From assembly GCF_024223415.1 (NCBI RefSeq), contig NZ_CP100500.1: 64,000 nt of DNA; one strand, 5' to 3'. The position numbers and the translations under genes were made by a program. Shown piece by piece: positions 36,955-49,289 of this stretch; position 1 is the first letter of the stretch; the number at the start of each line of letters is the position of its first letter. The DNA comes from Escherichia coli (GTDB taxonomy: Bacteria; Pseudomonadota; Gammaproteobacteria; Enterobacterales; Enterobacteriaceae). Under the pieces are notes generated by a model. That model was given only the letters and a program-made list of their open reading frames with translations, was not told where the DNA came from and searched no databases.

Positions 36955-37812
36955 GTGAAAGCTGACAACCCTTTTGATCTTTTACTTCCTGCTGCAATGG
37001 CCAAAGTGGCCGAAGAGGCGGGTGTCTATAAAGCAACGAAACATCCGCTTAAGACTTTCTATCTGGCGATTACCGCCGGTGTTTTCATCTCAATCGCATT
37101 CGTCTTCTATATCACAGCAACCACTGGCACAGGCACAATGCCCTTCGGCATGGCAAAACTGGTTGGCGGCATTTGCTTCTCTCTGGGGCTGATTCTTTGT
37201 GTTGTCTGCGGAGCCGATCTCTTTACTTCCACAGTGTTGATTGTTGTTGCTAAGGCGAGTGGGCGCATAACCTGGGGTCAGTTGGCTAAAAACTGGCTAA
37301 ATGTCTATTTTGGCAACCTGGTCGGCGCACTGCTGTTTGTACTTTTAATGTGGCTTTCCGGCGAGTATATGACCGCAAATGGTCAATGGGGACTAAACGT
37401 CCTACAAACCGCCGACCACAAAGTGCACCATACTTTTATTGAGGCCGTCTGCCTTGGTATCCTGGCAAACCTGATGGTATGTCTGGCAGTATGGATGAGT
37501 TATTCTGGCCGCAGCCTGATGGACAAAGCGTTTATCATGGTGCTGCCGGTCGCGATGTTTGTTGCCAGCGGTTTTGAGCACAGTATCGCAAACATGTTTA
37601 TGATCCCGATGGGTATTGTAATCCGCGACTTCGCATCTCCGGAATTCTGGACCGCTGTCGGTTCTGCACCGGAAAATTTTTCTCACCTGACCGTGATGAA
37701 CTTCATCACTGATAACCTGATTCCGGTTACGATCGGTAATATTATCGGCGGTGGTTTGTTGGTTGGGTTGACATACTGGGTCATTTACCTGCGTGAAAAC
37801 GATCACCATTAA
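36955..37812 (+). CDS. focA: Formate channel FocA
   Basis: ORF track 36616..37812 is over-extended; true start is GTG preceded by AGAGAG, giving (M)KADNPFDLLLPAAMAKVAEEAG... (285 aa). Confidence 0.9.
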   Translation: MKADNPFDLLLPAAMAKVAEEAGVYKATKHPLKTFYLAITAGVFISIAFVFYITATTGTGTMPFGMAKLVGGICFSLGLILCVVCGADLFTSTVLIVVAKASGRITWGQLAKNWLNVYFGNLVGALLFVLLMWLSGEYMTANGQWGLNVLQTADHKVHHTFIEAVCLGILANLMVCLAVWMSYSGRSLMDKAFIMVLPVAMFVASGFEHSIANMFMIPMGIVIRDFASPEFWTAVGSAPENFSHLTVMNFITDNLIPVTIGNIIGGGLLVGLTYWVIYLRENDHH

Positions 37813-37866
37813 TGGTTGTCGAAGTACGCAGTAAATAAAAAATCCACTTAAGAAGGTAGGTGTTAC

Positions 37867-40149
<2,283 letters not shown>

Positions 40150-40191
40150 TTAGATTTGACTGAAATCGTACAGTAAAAAGCGTACAATAAA

Positions 40192-40218
40192 GGCTCCACG
40201 AAAGTGGGGCCTTTTTTA
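40192..40218 (+). terminator. Rho-independent terminator after pflB
   Basis: GGCTCCACgaaaGTGGGGCC + T6. Confidence 0.7.
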
Positions 40219-40340
40219 GCACGAGAGCCTTTTTTGTCAGCTATCTATACTTTAAGGTGACTGCCAAAACAGACTCGACGTAGCCTTCGAGCTGCGCACC
40301 AACACGGCCTCAGATGGGCCACATCTGGAGAAACACCGCA

Positions 40341-41081
40341 ATGTCAGTTATTGGTCGCATTCACTCCTTTGAATCCTGTGGAACCGTAGACGGCCCGGGT
40401 ATTCGCTTTATCACCTTTTTCCAGGGCTGCCTGATGCGCTGCCTGTATTGTCATAACCGCGACACCTGGGACACGCATGGCGGTAAAGAAGTTACCGTTG
40501 AAGATTTGATGAAGGAAGTGGTGACCTATCGCCACTTTATGAACGCTTCCGGCGGCGGCGTTACCGCATCCGGCGGTGAGGCAATCCTGCAAGCTGAGTT
40601 TGTTCGTGACTGGTTCCGCGCCTGCAAAAAAGAAGGCATTCATACCTGTCTGGACACCAACGGTTTTGTTCGTCGTTACGATCCGGTGATTGATGAACTG
40701 CTGGAAGTAACCGACCTGGTAATGCTCGATCTCAAACAGATGAACGACGATATCCACCAAAATCTGGTTGGAGTTTCCAACCACCGCACGCTGGAGTTCG
40801 CCAAATATCTGGCGAATAAAAATGTGAAGGTGTGGATCCGCTACGTTGTTGTCCCAGGCTGGTCTGACGATGACGATTCAGCGCATCGCCTCGGTGAATT
40901 TACCCGTGATATGGGTAACGTTGAGAAAATCGAACTTCTCCCCTACCACGAACTGGGCAAACACAAATGGGTGGCGATGGGTGAAGAATACAAACTCGAT
41001 GGTGTTAAACCACCGAAGAAAGAAACTATGGAACGCGTGAAAGGCATTCTTGAGCAGTACGGTCATAAGGTAATGTTCTAA
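40341..41081 (+). CDS. pflA: Pyruvate formate-lyase activating enzyme (radical SAM)
   Basis: ORF track 40314..41081; start moved to [20 protein letters not shown] (246 aa); CxxxCxxC cluster motif [10 protein letters not shown]. Confidence 0.95.
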   Translation: MSVIGRIHSFESCGTVDGPGIRFITFFQGCLMRCLYCHNRDTWDTHGGKEVTVEDLMKEVVTYRHFMNASGGGVTASGGEAILQAEFVRDWFRACKKEGIHTCLDTNGFVRRYDPVIDELLEVTDLVMLDLKQMNDDIHQNLVGVSNHRTLEFAKYLANKNVKVWIRYVVVPGWSDDDDSAHRLGEFTRDMGNVEKIELLPYHELGKHKWVAMGEEYKLDGVKPPKKETMERVKGILEQYGHKVMF

Positions 41082-41091
41082 TTTCCCCGTA

Positions 41092-41126
41092 AAGCGGCAA
41101 CTTTATTGAGTTGCCGCTTTTTTATT
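41092..41126. terminator. Bidirectional terminator between convergent pflA and ycaM
   Basis: AAGCGGCAACtttattgaGTTGCCGCTT + T5. Confidence 0.7.
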
Positions 41127-41290
41127 CCGCGCTGCATAAATAATTCAGAGCTCTATTTCTAACGCCCTTACAGCACAGCTTCCAAATGTATTACCCAAAC
41201 CGCCAGTATATGTCCTTCGGCTTGCGCGCATTTCTCGATTATGTAAAAACGGGTCAGATCTGCCAGAGTCAGCGTCACCGACCACAATAA

Positions 41291-42721
41291 TTATTTACTA
41301 TTCGCTTTACGCGCCAGCAGCGGGAATATCAGTCCTAATCCTACCAGCACAAACGGCGTTGCAACATTCAGCGCCAACTGGAAGGTCCACTCTGCAGTGA
41401 AGGCTTCCATTTTCGGGAAGATCCCCGTCAAACAGGCAAAGGCAGTAAAGGCAAAACACCAAATCCCGACGGTCATTGCCAGAGGCTTATTACGAATAAA
41501 GACATACTCTGGTTTATATTTCTGCGCCAGGCGAACGACTGCAATAAATGCAACAAATACCCATAAATAACGCAGCGGCATCACTACCGAGTTAAGATTC
41601 AACAGCCATTTATAGAGATTGTTCATATCACCGATGCCGAGAGTCGGCAGCATAATCAGAATTGCCACCAGCACCAGGGTCAGAAAATAGCCATTAACGG
41701 GCGTACCAGAAGCGTTGGTACGACATAAACTGGCTGGAATATATTTGCTGTCAGCATCACCTAATAGCACTTTAAGCGGGGCATCAATCGAGAATACCAG
41801 CGCAGCTACTTGTCCCAGGGTATTCGCAATGGCGTAAATCACCATTAAAGTATTACCAATGTTGTAATACTCGCCCAGCTTCTGAAAGGCGTAATACTGA
41901 CCGTTAGTCATTAAGTCATCCGGGATATTACGCGAGTCAAACATCATCCCCATCGCCAGTGAGCCCAGAATGGCACAAACCGCAACCATCACCGCCAGGC
42001 ATAACATCCCTTTTGGAAATTCTTTTCCTGGGTTGCGCGTTTGATTAACGTAAGGAGAAATCTTCTCTGCTCCGCCAACCGCGAAAACCAGCATTGAAAT
42101 AGTGGTAATGTAGGTAAAGTCGATATGAGGAATGAACGTTTCCCAGGTAATGTTTGTGGTCGCAATATGCACTTCAGTAATCGCAGGCGCGGTTACCGCC
42201 ATCGCCACATACAGGAGCGACATAACAAACATCGCAATCCCTGCCACAGAACCGACGATTTTCAGCGATTTCATACCGCGTGAAGCAACCCACATAAAGA
42301 AGATAAACAGCACCAGCGTTAACCCCTGTAACGCTACGACTGAATATTCTTTGATTAGCGAACCGTCGCCTTTCATCGCCCAACCGAGCGCAATCAGTAT
42401 TGCCTGGGGTTTTTGTGCCAGATAGGGAATATGCACCACCCAGTAGGTCCACGCGGCGAGGTAAGCCAGTCCGGGTCCCATCGTGTGTTTAATCCAGGTA
42501 CTGACCCCGCCTTTCCCATCTTTGAAGGTCGAGCCTAACTGACCAACAATTAGCGCATAAGGTGTGAAATAGAGCGCAAAGATAAACACCCATGAAAAAA
42601 CAACCACCAGCCCCTGGTTGGCATAGTTATTAACAACGTTGCCAAAACCCCAGACAGTGATAAAAGACATCAGCGCAATGTTGTACCATCGCAGCTGTTT
42701 TTCCTGAACATTCCCAGCCAT
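41291..42721 (-). CDS. ycaM: APC-family amino acid transporter YcaM
   Basis: ORF track 41291..42913; start moved to internal Met MAGNVQEKQLRWYNIALMSF with AAGGA upstream (476 aa); polytopic. Confidence 0.85.
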   Translation of the reverse strand: MAGNVQEKQLRWYNIALMSFITVWGFGNVVNNYANQGLVVVFSWVFIFALYFTPYALIVGQLGSTFKDGKGGVSTWIKHTMGPGLAYLAAWTYWVVHIPYLAQKPQAILIALGWAMKGDGSLIKEYSVVALQGLTLVLFIFFMWVASRGMKSLKIVGSVAGIAMFVMSLLYVAMAVTAPAITEVHIATTNITWETFIPHIDFTYITTISMLVFAVGGAEKISPYVNQTRNPGKEFPKGMLCLAVMVAVCAILGSLAMGMMFDSRNIPDDLMTNGQYYAFQKLGEYYNIGNTLMVIYAIANTLGQVAALVFSIDAPLKVLLGDADSKYIPASLCRTNASGTPVNGYFLTLVLVAILIMLPTLGIGDMNNLYKWLLNLNSVVMPLRYLWVFVAFIAVVRLAQKYKPEYVFIRNKPLAMTVGIWCFAFTAFACLTGIFPKMEAFTAEWTFQLALNVATPFVLVGLGLIFPLLARKANSK

Positions 42722-42930
42722 AGACAAATCCTTCGCCAAAATTAAAGGGGCATCTGTAAAACGAGGGATTATGCGCGGCAAATAAGAAGTGCGGAAATAG
42801 CGAAATGCAAAATTATAACCTGCTGCACATTTTATTTTTAAACGAATAAAATTTGGAAAAAAGCAAGTCAGATAGAAGAAACAAAAAAGCAGAGTGTGAA
42901 ACAGTAAGTTCACACTCTGCTTGAATTCAT

Positions 42931-44079
42931 TTACACGTGAGCAACGGGTTTCGGCGTATGACCGGCGTTGCGAAGCAGCATCAGCAAATAGATAAACGAT
43001 ACGCTGGCGATCATGATAAACAATAAATTATCGGAGAAATTCTGCATTAGCATAGCGGTAAATGACGGGCCAAGCAGACTTCCCACGGTATAGCTCAACA
43101 GTAAGGCCTGGTTCATCGCCACCAGTTGATGATGTTCAACTTTCTCGCAAGCCCAGGCCATCGCCACCGGATATAGCGTAAAGCCAGCGGCACCGAGGAT
43201 GAATAACGCTGGGGCCATCGCCGCCTGGCTAAGCATCGCGATACTGCCGAGAATGACGACAAAGACCTGAACACGCAACACCAGCAGTCGACCAAACTTA
43301 TCCGCCAGACGTCCGATCGGCCATTGTCCGAGGATACCCGCACTGACCAGTACCGCCATCCAGAAACCAATGCTGGCATTGCTCACCCCTTTGTGATTGA
43401 GGTACAGCGGCATCAGGCCATATAGCGATCCCAGAACGATTCCTGAGATAATGCAGCCATTCACGCCAAGCCGCGCCTGACGGAGTTTTAGCATTGACGT
43501 AATTGACGTCGAATCATGGTTTTCAGCCTGCTGATTCAGGACACGCGTAAACAACAGCGGTAAGATCCCTGCCAACGTCAAACCTGTAACCCACGGCAAT
43601 ACGCTCATCAGCTCGGTTGAGACTTTGCTGACCAGTAACTGGCCTAAAAACATTCCCACGTAATAAACCATCATATACGCAGCAAGCAAACGCCCACGGT
43701 TACGTGACGTCCCACTGCACATCAGCGCGCTCTCAACGACTACCCAAATCATGGCACAGCCGACGCCCGCGACAAAACGCCACGCCAACCAGCTCCAGAA
43801 ACCAATCATCAGGCCAAGGCCGGCACAGCCAGCGGCAAAAATGAAGGAGGCCAGATAATAGCTGCGGTTAAAGCCAATGCGTTTAATGACATACCCTGTC
43901 AGCAATGTACCGACAAGGTTGCCGGTAAAATAGGATGAGCTGACAACGCCTACCTGCCATGTGGACATGTGTTCCTGGGCGAGCCAAAGCGGCACGAGTG
44001 TATTTAACACCGCGATCGCCAGAGTCAACAAAAGCAGGCCAGACAGCAAAAGCATGACAGGCCGGGTATACGTGGACAT
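42931..44079 (-). CDS. ycaD: MFS transporter YcaD
   Basis: 382 aa, 12-TM pattern. Confidence 0.88.
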   Translation of the reverse strand: MSTYTRPVMLLLSGLLLLTLAIAVLNTLVPLWLAQEHMSTWQVGVVSSSYFTGNLVGTLLTGYVIKRIGFNRSYYLASFIFAAGCAGLGLMIGFWSWLAWRFVAGVGCAMIWVVVESALMCSGTSRNRGRLLAAYMMVYYVGMFLGQLLVSKVSTELMSVLPWVTGLTLAGILPLLFTRVLNQQAENHDSTSITSMLKLRQARLGVNGCIISGIVLGSLYGLMPLYLNHKGVSNASIGFWMAVLVSAGILGQWPIGRLADKFGRLLVLRVQVFVVILGSIAMLSQAAMAPALFILGAAGFTLYPVAMAWACEKVEHHQLVAMNQALLLSYTVGSLLGPSFTAMLMQNFSDNLLFIMIASVSFIYLLMLLRNAGHTPKPVAHV

Positions 44080-44393
44080 GAATTAAAACCGTGAGGAAGT
44101 TCAAATTTCATGCGCATCATGCCACCGCCAAAAACATTGTCAATGGGTGAAAATACGCGCATATCGCAGCGGCGGTATTATCGATTTATATTACTCATTC
44201 ATAACGCTAATGCTGAAGAGATGATTAATCTCATCTGATTGTTTTTATTGATCTAACACAAATTTCATACGCTTCGTTCAGTCGAAAAATTTCATGGTCA
44301 CAGCAAACTCATATTTCCCGTCTATGCTTTCAGAGCAATGCATCGCGTCTGACCGATTTCAGACGTACCACTGACTCTCGAAAGGAGAAGAGG

Positions 44394-45020
44394 ATGACCA
44401 AACCGTATGTTCGTCTTGATAAAAATGATGCTGCCGTTTTGCTTGTTGATCACCAGGCTGGTTTACTTTCCCTTGTACGGGATATAGAACCCGATAAGTT
44501 TAAAAATAACGTGCTGGCGCTGGGTGACCTGGCTAAGTATTTCAACTTACCAACTATTCTTACCACCAGTTTTGAAACCGGTCCTAACGGCCCATTAGTT
44601 CCAGAACTGAAAGCACAATTCCCCGATGCACCTTACATTGCTCGCCCGGGCAATATTAACGCCTGGGATAACGAAGATTTTGTAAAAGCAGTCAAAGCGA
44701 CAGGTAAAAAACAGTTAATTATTGCCGGTGTGGTAACCGAAGTTTGCGTGGCATTCCCGGCGCTTTCAGCCATTGAAGAAGGGTTTGATGTCTTTGTTGT
44801 GACTGACGCGTCAGGGACCTTTAATGAAATTACCCGGCATTCGGCATGGGATCGCATGTCGCAGGCAGGAGCTCAGTTGATGACGTGGTTCGGCGTGGCT
44901 TGCGAGCTGCACCGCGACTGGCGTAATGATATTGAAGGACTGGCGACGTTGTTCTCTAACCATATTCCTGATTATCGTAATTTGATGACCAGTTATGACA
45001 CGTTAACGAAGCAGAAATAA
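44394..45020 (+). CDS. ycaC: Isochorismatase-family hydrolase YcaC
   Basis: 208 aa, MTKPYVRLDKNDAAVLLVDHQAGL... Confidence 0.9.
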   Translation: MTKPYVRLDKNDAAVLLVDHQAGLLSLVRDIEPDKFKNNVLALGDLAKYFNLPTILTTSFETGPNGPLVPELKAQFPDAPYIARPGNINAWDNEDFVKAVKATGKKQLIIAGVVTEVCVAFPALSAIEEGFDVFVVTDASGTFNEITRHSAWDRMSQAGAQLMTWFGVACELHRDWRNDIEGLATLFSNHIPDYRNLMTSYDTLTKQK

Positions 45021-45024
45021 AAGA

Positions 45025-45050
45025 GAACCGGGGCCGAAACCCCGGTTGTT
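45025..45050. terminator. Bidirectional terminator between convergent ycaC and dmsC
   Basis: AACCGGGGCcgaaaCCCCGGTT. Confidence 0.7.
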
Positions 45051-45055
45051 ACTGA

Positions 45056-45919
45056 TTAGCTTGCGACGGCCATCCCCACGGTCATATGCAAACCATAGAA
45101 TACGCCGCGACCGATTAATTCCCCTGCCAGAAGCAGAATGAATGAGACAGATAGTAGCGGAACCGCAGGCTGATAACCTTTTAGCTGTGGTGCAATCCAC
45201 AAGCACAGGGCAACGGCCAAAAGCACGATCCGCCAGGACATCAGCGCACCATAGTCCGGCACCAGCGCTGCGGCCTGCTGCACAGAACTATGAATAGTCG
45301 CCAGCTCTGCGCCCTGCATCACTGACATCACGCCACTCACTACCAGTGCAAGTACAGAAATGGCTGGCAGCAGACGCATCGCCCAGCCATCGACGCCAGC
45401 CAGACTCAGCAACAGGTAACCCAGTAACGGGCCGCCCATAAACATTGTCAGGAAGAAGCCCATCGGCGTCCAGATGCTGTACCAGGTCGGAACGGTATCA
45501 ATGCTGTTATAGACACGCACCATCATCCAGACAAAGACTACGCCAAGAACCATCGTCACTACCAGCCACAGCGTACGCAATGCCGGTGACAGCTTTTTCA
45601 GCATTGCCAGCAACCAGCCGATGCCGCCTACAGCAAAAAAGATCGAACCGCTGGCGATTTCGTTACTGAGTGCTGAAGCCCCTACCCGGTTGAGCGAGTT
45701 AAAGGCGCGCATCGGTGAACCAAGATGGAGCATAGAGGCGATAAAGCCAATGCCCATCATCACCCATAAGCCAAACATGCAGGCGATAACACGCTGCTGG
45801 GTTTCTGCTCGCAGGTCGCCTTTGAGCAGCGCCAAAGCCAGAACGATAAAACCACCCGCCACACATTGCCCGAAGACCGTGAAGATCATCAGCGGCCATT
45901 CATGCCATCCACTTCCCAT
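45056..45919 (-). CDS. dmsC: DMSO reductase membrane anchor subunit
   Basis: ORF track 45056..45982; start moved to MGSGWHEWPLMIFTVFGQ (287 aa) just downstream of dmsB stop. Confidence 0.9.
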   Translation of the reverse strand: MGSGWHEWPLMIFTVFGQCVAGGFIVLALALLKGDLRAETQQRVIACMFGLWVMMGIGFIASMLHLGSPMRAFNSLNRVGASALSNEIASGSIFFAVGGIGWLLAMLKKLSPALRTLWLVVTMVLGVVFVWMMVRVYNSIDTVPTWYSIWTPMGFFLTMFMGGPLLGYLLLSLAGVDGWAMRLLPAISVLALVVSGVMSVMQGAELATIHSSVQQAAALVPDYGALMSWRIVLLAVALCLWIAPQLKGYQPAVPLLSVSFILLLAGELIGRGVFYGLHMTVGMAVAS

Positions 45920-45920
45920 C

Positions 45921-46538
45921 TCACACCTCCTTCGGGTTTGCCAGATAGCCAGTGGTATCCCCGGTCGGGCGGCTATTGGCATTGGGTTTGATCACAATAT
46001 TCGGTTTGGTAAAGTGAGCTCGCGGCAACGGCGCAACGGCCGCCAGATCGCCATGTTTTTTACGCAGCTCGTCGATAGGGCCGAAATCCAGCGCCCGCAG
46101 CGGACAAGATTCAACACAGATCGGCTTTTTACCCTCCGCAACACGGTCATAACAACCATCGCATTTGGTCATATGGCCTTTCGTTTCGTTATATTGCGGT
46201 GCGCCATACGGGCAAGCCATATGGCAGTAGCGGCAGCCAATGCACACATCTTCATCGACCACAACAAAACCATCTTCACGTTTATGCATCGCACCGCTCG
46301 GGCAGACTTTAGTACAAGCCGGATCTTCGCAGTGGTTGCACGAAATCGACAGATAGTAGGCAAACACGTTCTGGTGCCAGACACCGTCATCTTCCTGCCA
46401 GTCGCCACCAGCATATTCATAAATGCGGCGGAAGCTGACTTCTGGCGTCAAATCTTTGTAGTCTTTACAAGCCAGCTCGCAGGTTTTGCAACCGGTGCAA
46501 CGGCTGGAATCAATAAAAAATCCATACTGGGTTGTCAT
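45921..46538 (-). CDS. dmsB: DMSO reductase iron-sulfur subunit
   Basis: 205 aa; four Cys clusters (CTGCKTCELACK, CNHCEDPAC, CIGCRYCHMACP, CDGC...). Confidence 0.95.
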   Translation of the reverse strand: MTTQYGFFIDSSRCTGCKTCELACKDYKDLTPEVSFRRIYEYAGGDWQEDDGVWHQNVFAYYLSISCNHCEDPACTKVCPSGAMHKREDGFVVVDEDVCIGCRYCHMACPYGAPQYNETKGHMTKCDGCYDRVAEGKKPICVESCPLRALDFGPIDELRKKHGDLAAVAPLPRAHFTKPNIVIKPNANSRPTGDTTGYLANPKEV

Positions 46539-46548
46539 CGGTTACTCC

Positions 46549-48993
46549 TTACACCTTTTCAACCTGAACAAGGTTTGTATGTGACGGATTCCCCTTAGCG
46601 AGAGGAGACGGACGTTGAGTGGTCAGTACGTTAATACAACCACCCTTATCGACACGTTTTGTATCCGGGTCATACCAGGCACCTTCACCCAGTGCGACCA
46701 CACCCGGCATCATTCGTGGCGTCACTTTCGCCTCAATATGAACCTCACCACGATCGTTAAAGATCCTGACTTTATCGCCGTTGTGGATACCGCGTTTTTG
46801 GGCATCAAGCGGGTTGATCCACATTTCCTGACGGCAAGCCGCTTTCAGCACATCAACGTTGCCGTAAGTTGAGTGAACGCGAGATTTATAGTGGAAACCC
46901 GTAAGCTGCAGCGGATACTGTTTGTTCAGCGGATCCTGATAACTTTCAAAGCCCGGCGTATAGATCGGCAGTGGATCGATCACATCGCCTTCTGGCAATT
47001 CCCAGGTAGCGGCAATGTCAGCCAGCGCCTGCGAATAAATCTCAATTTTACCCGATGGCGTGGTCAGTGGATTTGCCTGCGGATCTTCACGGAAGGCTTT
47101 ATAAGCAACGTGATGCCCTTGTGGGTCGCGCTTTTTAAAGATCCCCTGCTTGCGGAACTCTTCAAACGTTGGCAGTTCAGGAATCGCTTCCCGCGACTGG
47201 GCATACAGATGCCGCATCCACTCTTCCTGGGTACGGCCTTCAGTAAACTGTTGCTCAACGCCAAGACGTTTTGCCAGTTCGCTGGTCATTTCATAGATGG
47301 TCTTACATTCAAAGCGCGGTTTAATCACCTGATCGTTGAAAATCACGTAAGACATATTCCCGCAGGATGCATCCAGTGCAAAGTCCATCTGTTCGGAAGC
47401 GGTGCAGTCAGGCAGCAGGATGTCAGCATATTTCGCCGATGAGGTCATGTGGCAGTCGATAACCACAATCAGCTCGCACTTCTTATCATCCTGGAGGATT
47501 TCATGGGTACGGTTGATTTCAGAATGCTGGTTAATCAGGCAGTTACCGGCATAGTTCCAGATCATTTTGATCGGCACATCCAGCTTATCTTTCCCGCGCA
47601 CACCATCACGCAGCGCCGTCATTTCCGGGCCACGTTCAATGGCATCGGTCCACATAAACATCGAAATGCTGGTCTGGATCGGGTTTTCCAAGGTCGGCAT
47701 ACGGACAAACGGTAAGCTGTATGAACCTTCACGCGCGCCGCTGTTCCCTCCATTAATACCAACGTTACCGGTCAGAATCGCCAGCATCGAGATAGCACGG
47801 GTTGCGATTTCACCGTTAGCGTGACGCTGCGGGCCCCATCCCTGGCTGATAAACGCCGGTTTGGTACTGCCGATTTCACGAGCCAGTTTGATGATTTTGT
47901 CTGCCGGAACACCGGTGATTTGCGAGGCCCATTCCGGTGATTTAGCCACGCCATCTGGCCCTTCACCCAGAATATAAGCTTTATAGTGGCCATTTTTCGG
48001 CGCACTGGCTGGCAGGGTTTTCTCATCGTAGCCAACGCAATATTTATCGAGGAATGCCTGATCCACCAGGTTTTCAGTGATCATGACGTACGCCAGACCG
48101 TTAACCAGTGCGGCATCTGTTCCCGGACGAATAGGGATCCACTCATCTTCGCGCCCGGCACCGGTGTCGGTATAGCGCGGATCGATGATGATCATGCGGG
48201 CATTAGATTTCTGGCGTGCCTGTTCAAGATAGTAAGTCACCCCACCGCCACTCATTCGCGTTTCGCCAGGGTTATTACCAAACAGCACTACCAGCTTACT
48301 GTTTTCGATATCCGACGGGCTGTTGCCATCTGCCCAGCCGCCGTAGGTATAGTTCAGACCTTCCGCAATTTGCGCGGAAGAGTAGTCACCGTAATGGTTC
48401 AGATAACCGCCGCAGCAGTTCATCAGGCGCGCGACCAGGGTATTTCCCGGCGGCCAGGAGCGGGTCATGGTGCCACCCAGCGTACCGGTGCCATAGTTCA
48501 GATAGATGGATTCGTTGCCGTACTCTTTGATCAGGCGCTGCATATTGGTCGCGATGATGTCGTAGGCTTCTTCCCAGCTAATGCGCTCGAATTTGCCTTC
48601 ACCGCGCGCCCCGACTCGTTTCATCGGATATTTCAGGCGGTCCGGATTATAGACACGGCGACGCATGGAACGCCCACGCAGGCAGGCGCGAACCTGGTGC
48701 AGGCCGTCGTAATTGTCATCGCCGGTATTGTCCGTTTCGACATATTTGATTTCACCGTCCACGACGTGCATACGTAGCGGGCAGCGACTACCACAGTTAA
48801 CTGTACAGGCGCTCCAGATAACCTTTTCGTCTGATTTTGTTGGAATAGCGCTATCGACAGCGTGCGCAATCCGACTAAAAGGTAATGTTAATGCGCTGCT
48901 GGCCATTGCCAGGCCGCCGATCGCTGTCGTTTTTACCAAACCACGGCGACTCACCTCAGCAGCCAATACCGCATCAGGGATTTTCGTTTTCAT
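46549..48993 (-). CDS. dmsA: DMSO reductase catalytic subunit (molybdopterin), Tat signal
   Basis: 814 aa; twin-arginine leader SRRGLVKTTAIGGLAMASSA. Confidence 0.95.
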   Translation of the reverse strand: MKTKIPDAVLAAEVSRRGLVKTTAIGGLAMASSALTLPFSRIAHAVDSAIPTKSDEKVIWSACTVNCGSRCPLRMHVVDGEIKYVETDNTGDDNYDGLHQVRACLRGRSMRRRVYNPDRLKYPMKRVGARGEGKFERISWEEAYDIIATNMQRLIKEYGNESIYLNYGTGTLGGTMTRSWPPGNTLVARLMNCCGGYLNHYGDYSSAQIAEGLNYTYGGWADGNSPSDIENSKLVVLFGNNPGETRMSGGGVTYYLEQARQKSNARMIIIDPRYTDTGAGREDEWIPIRPGTDAALVNGLAYVMITENLVDQAFLDKYCVGYDEKTLPASAPKNGHYKAYILGEGPDGVAKSPEWASQITGVPADKIIKLAREIGSTKPAFISQGWGPQRHANGEIATRAISMLAILTGNVGINGGNSGAREGSYSLPFVRMPTLENPIQTSISMFMWTDAIERGPEMTALRDGVRGKDKLDVPIKMIWNYAGNCLINQHSEINRTHEILQDDKKCELIVVIDCHMTSSAKYADILLPDCTASEQMDFALDASCGNMSYVIFNDQVIKPRFECKTIYEMTSELAKRLGVEQQFTEGRTQEEWMRHLYAQSREAIPELPTFEEFRKQGIFKKRDPQGHHVAYKAFREDPQANPLTTPSGKIEIYSQALADIAATWELPEGDVIDPLPIYTPGFESYQDPLNKQYPLQLTGFHYKSRVHSTYGNVDVLKAACRQEMWINPLDAQKRGIHNGDKVRIFNDRGEVHIEAKVTPRMMPGVVALGEGAWYDPDTKRVDKGGCINVLTTQRPSPLAKGNPSHTNLVQVEKV

Positions 48994-49163
48994 AATGGCT
49001 CACTCAAGCTTGCTCACGATTGATTCCAGTAACAAACCGTATTGTGTAATTATTTCTATAGCAGATCGCTATATAGGCTTGTATACATCGAATAATTTGA
49101 AAATCAAAGAGATAGGTAGATTTTCACTCGAAAGTAGTATTACGTGTAAGTGAGGAGTAATTA

Positions 49164-49177
49164 TTGTTCGGTATCAA
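49164..49177 (-). promoter_or_regulatory. FNR-type half-site pair in dmsA promoter
   Basis: TTGTT-CGGT-ATCAA (consensus TTGAT-N4-ATCAA) ~170 bp upstream of dmsA ATG. Confidence 0.5.
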
Positions 49178-49289
49178 AGGGAGACAAAAAAAGCGCCCGC
49201 AGGAGATTTAACGGTACTTACTCCTCTTGCTGATTTCCTTATTTTTCAATAAGTAAACAAAAACAAGGGGAGCAAATTATCACAAATAA

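Noticed and set aside
45621-48777. Long plus-strand ORFs (45621..46598, 47986..48777 and others)
   Set aside because: Antisense to dmsC, dmsB and dmsA; the products are Arg/His-rich junk translations.
49181-49289. tRNA gene as the integration target
   Set aside because: No cloverleaf-compatible segment or tRNA-like conserved boxes were found next to int, so integration appears to be intergenic.
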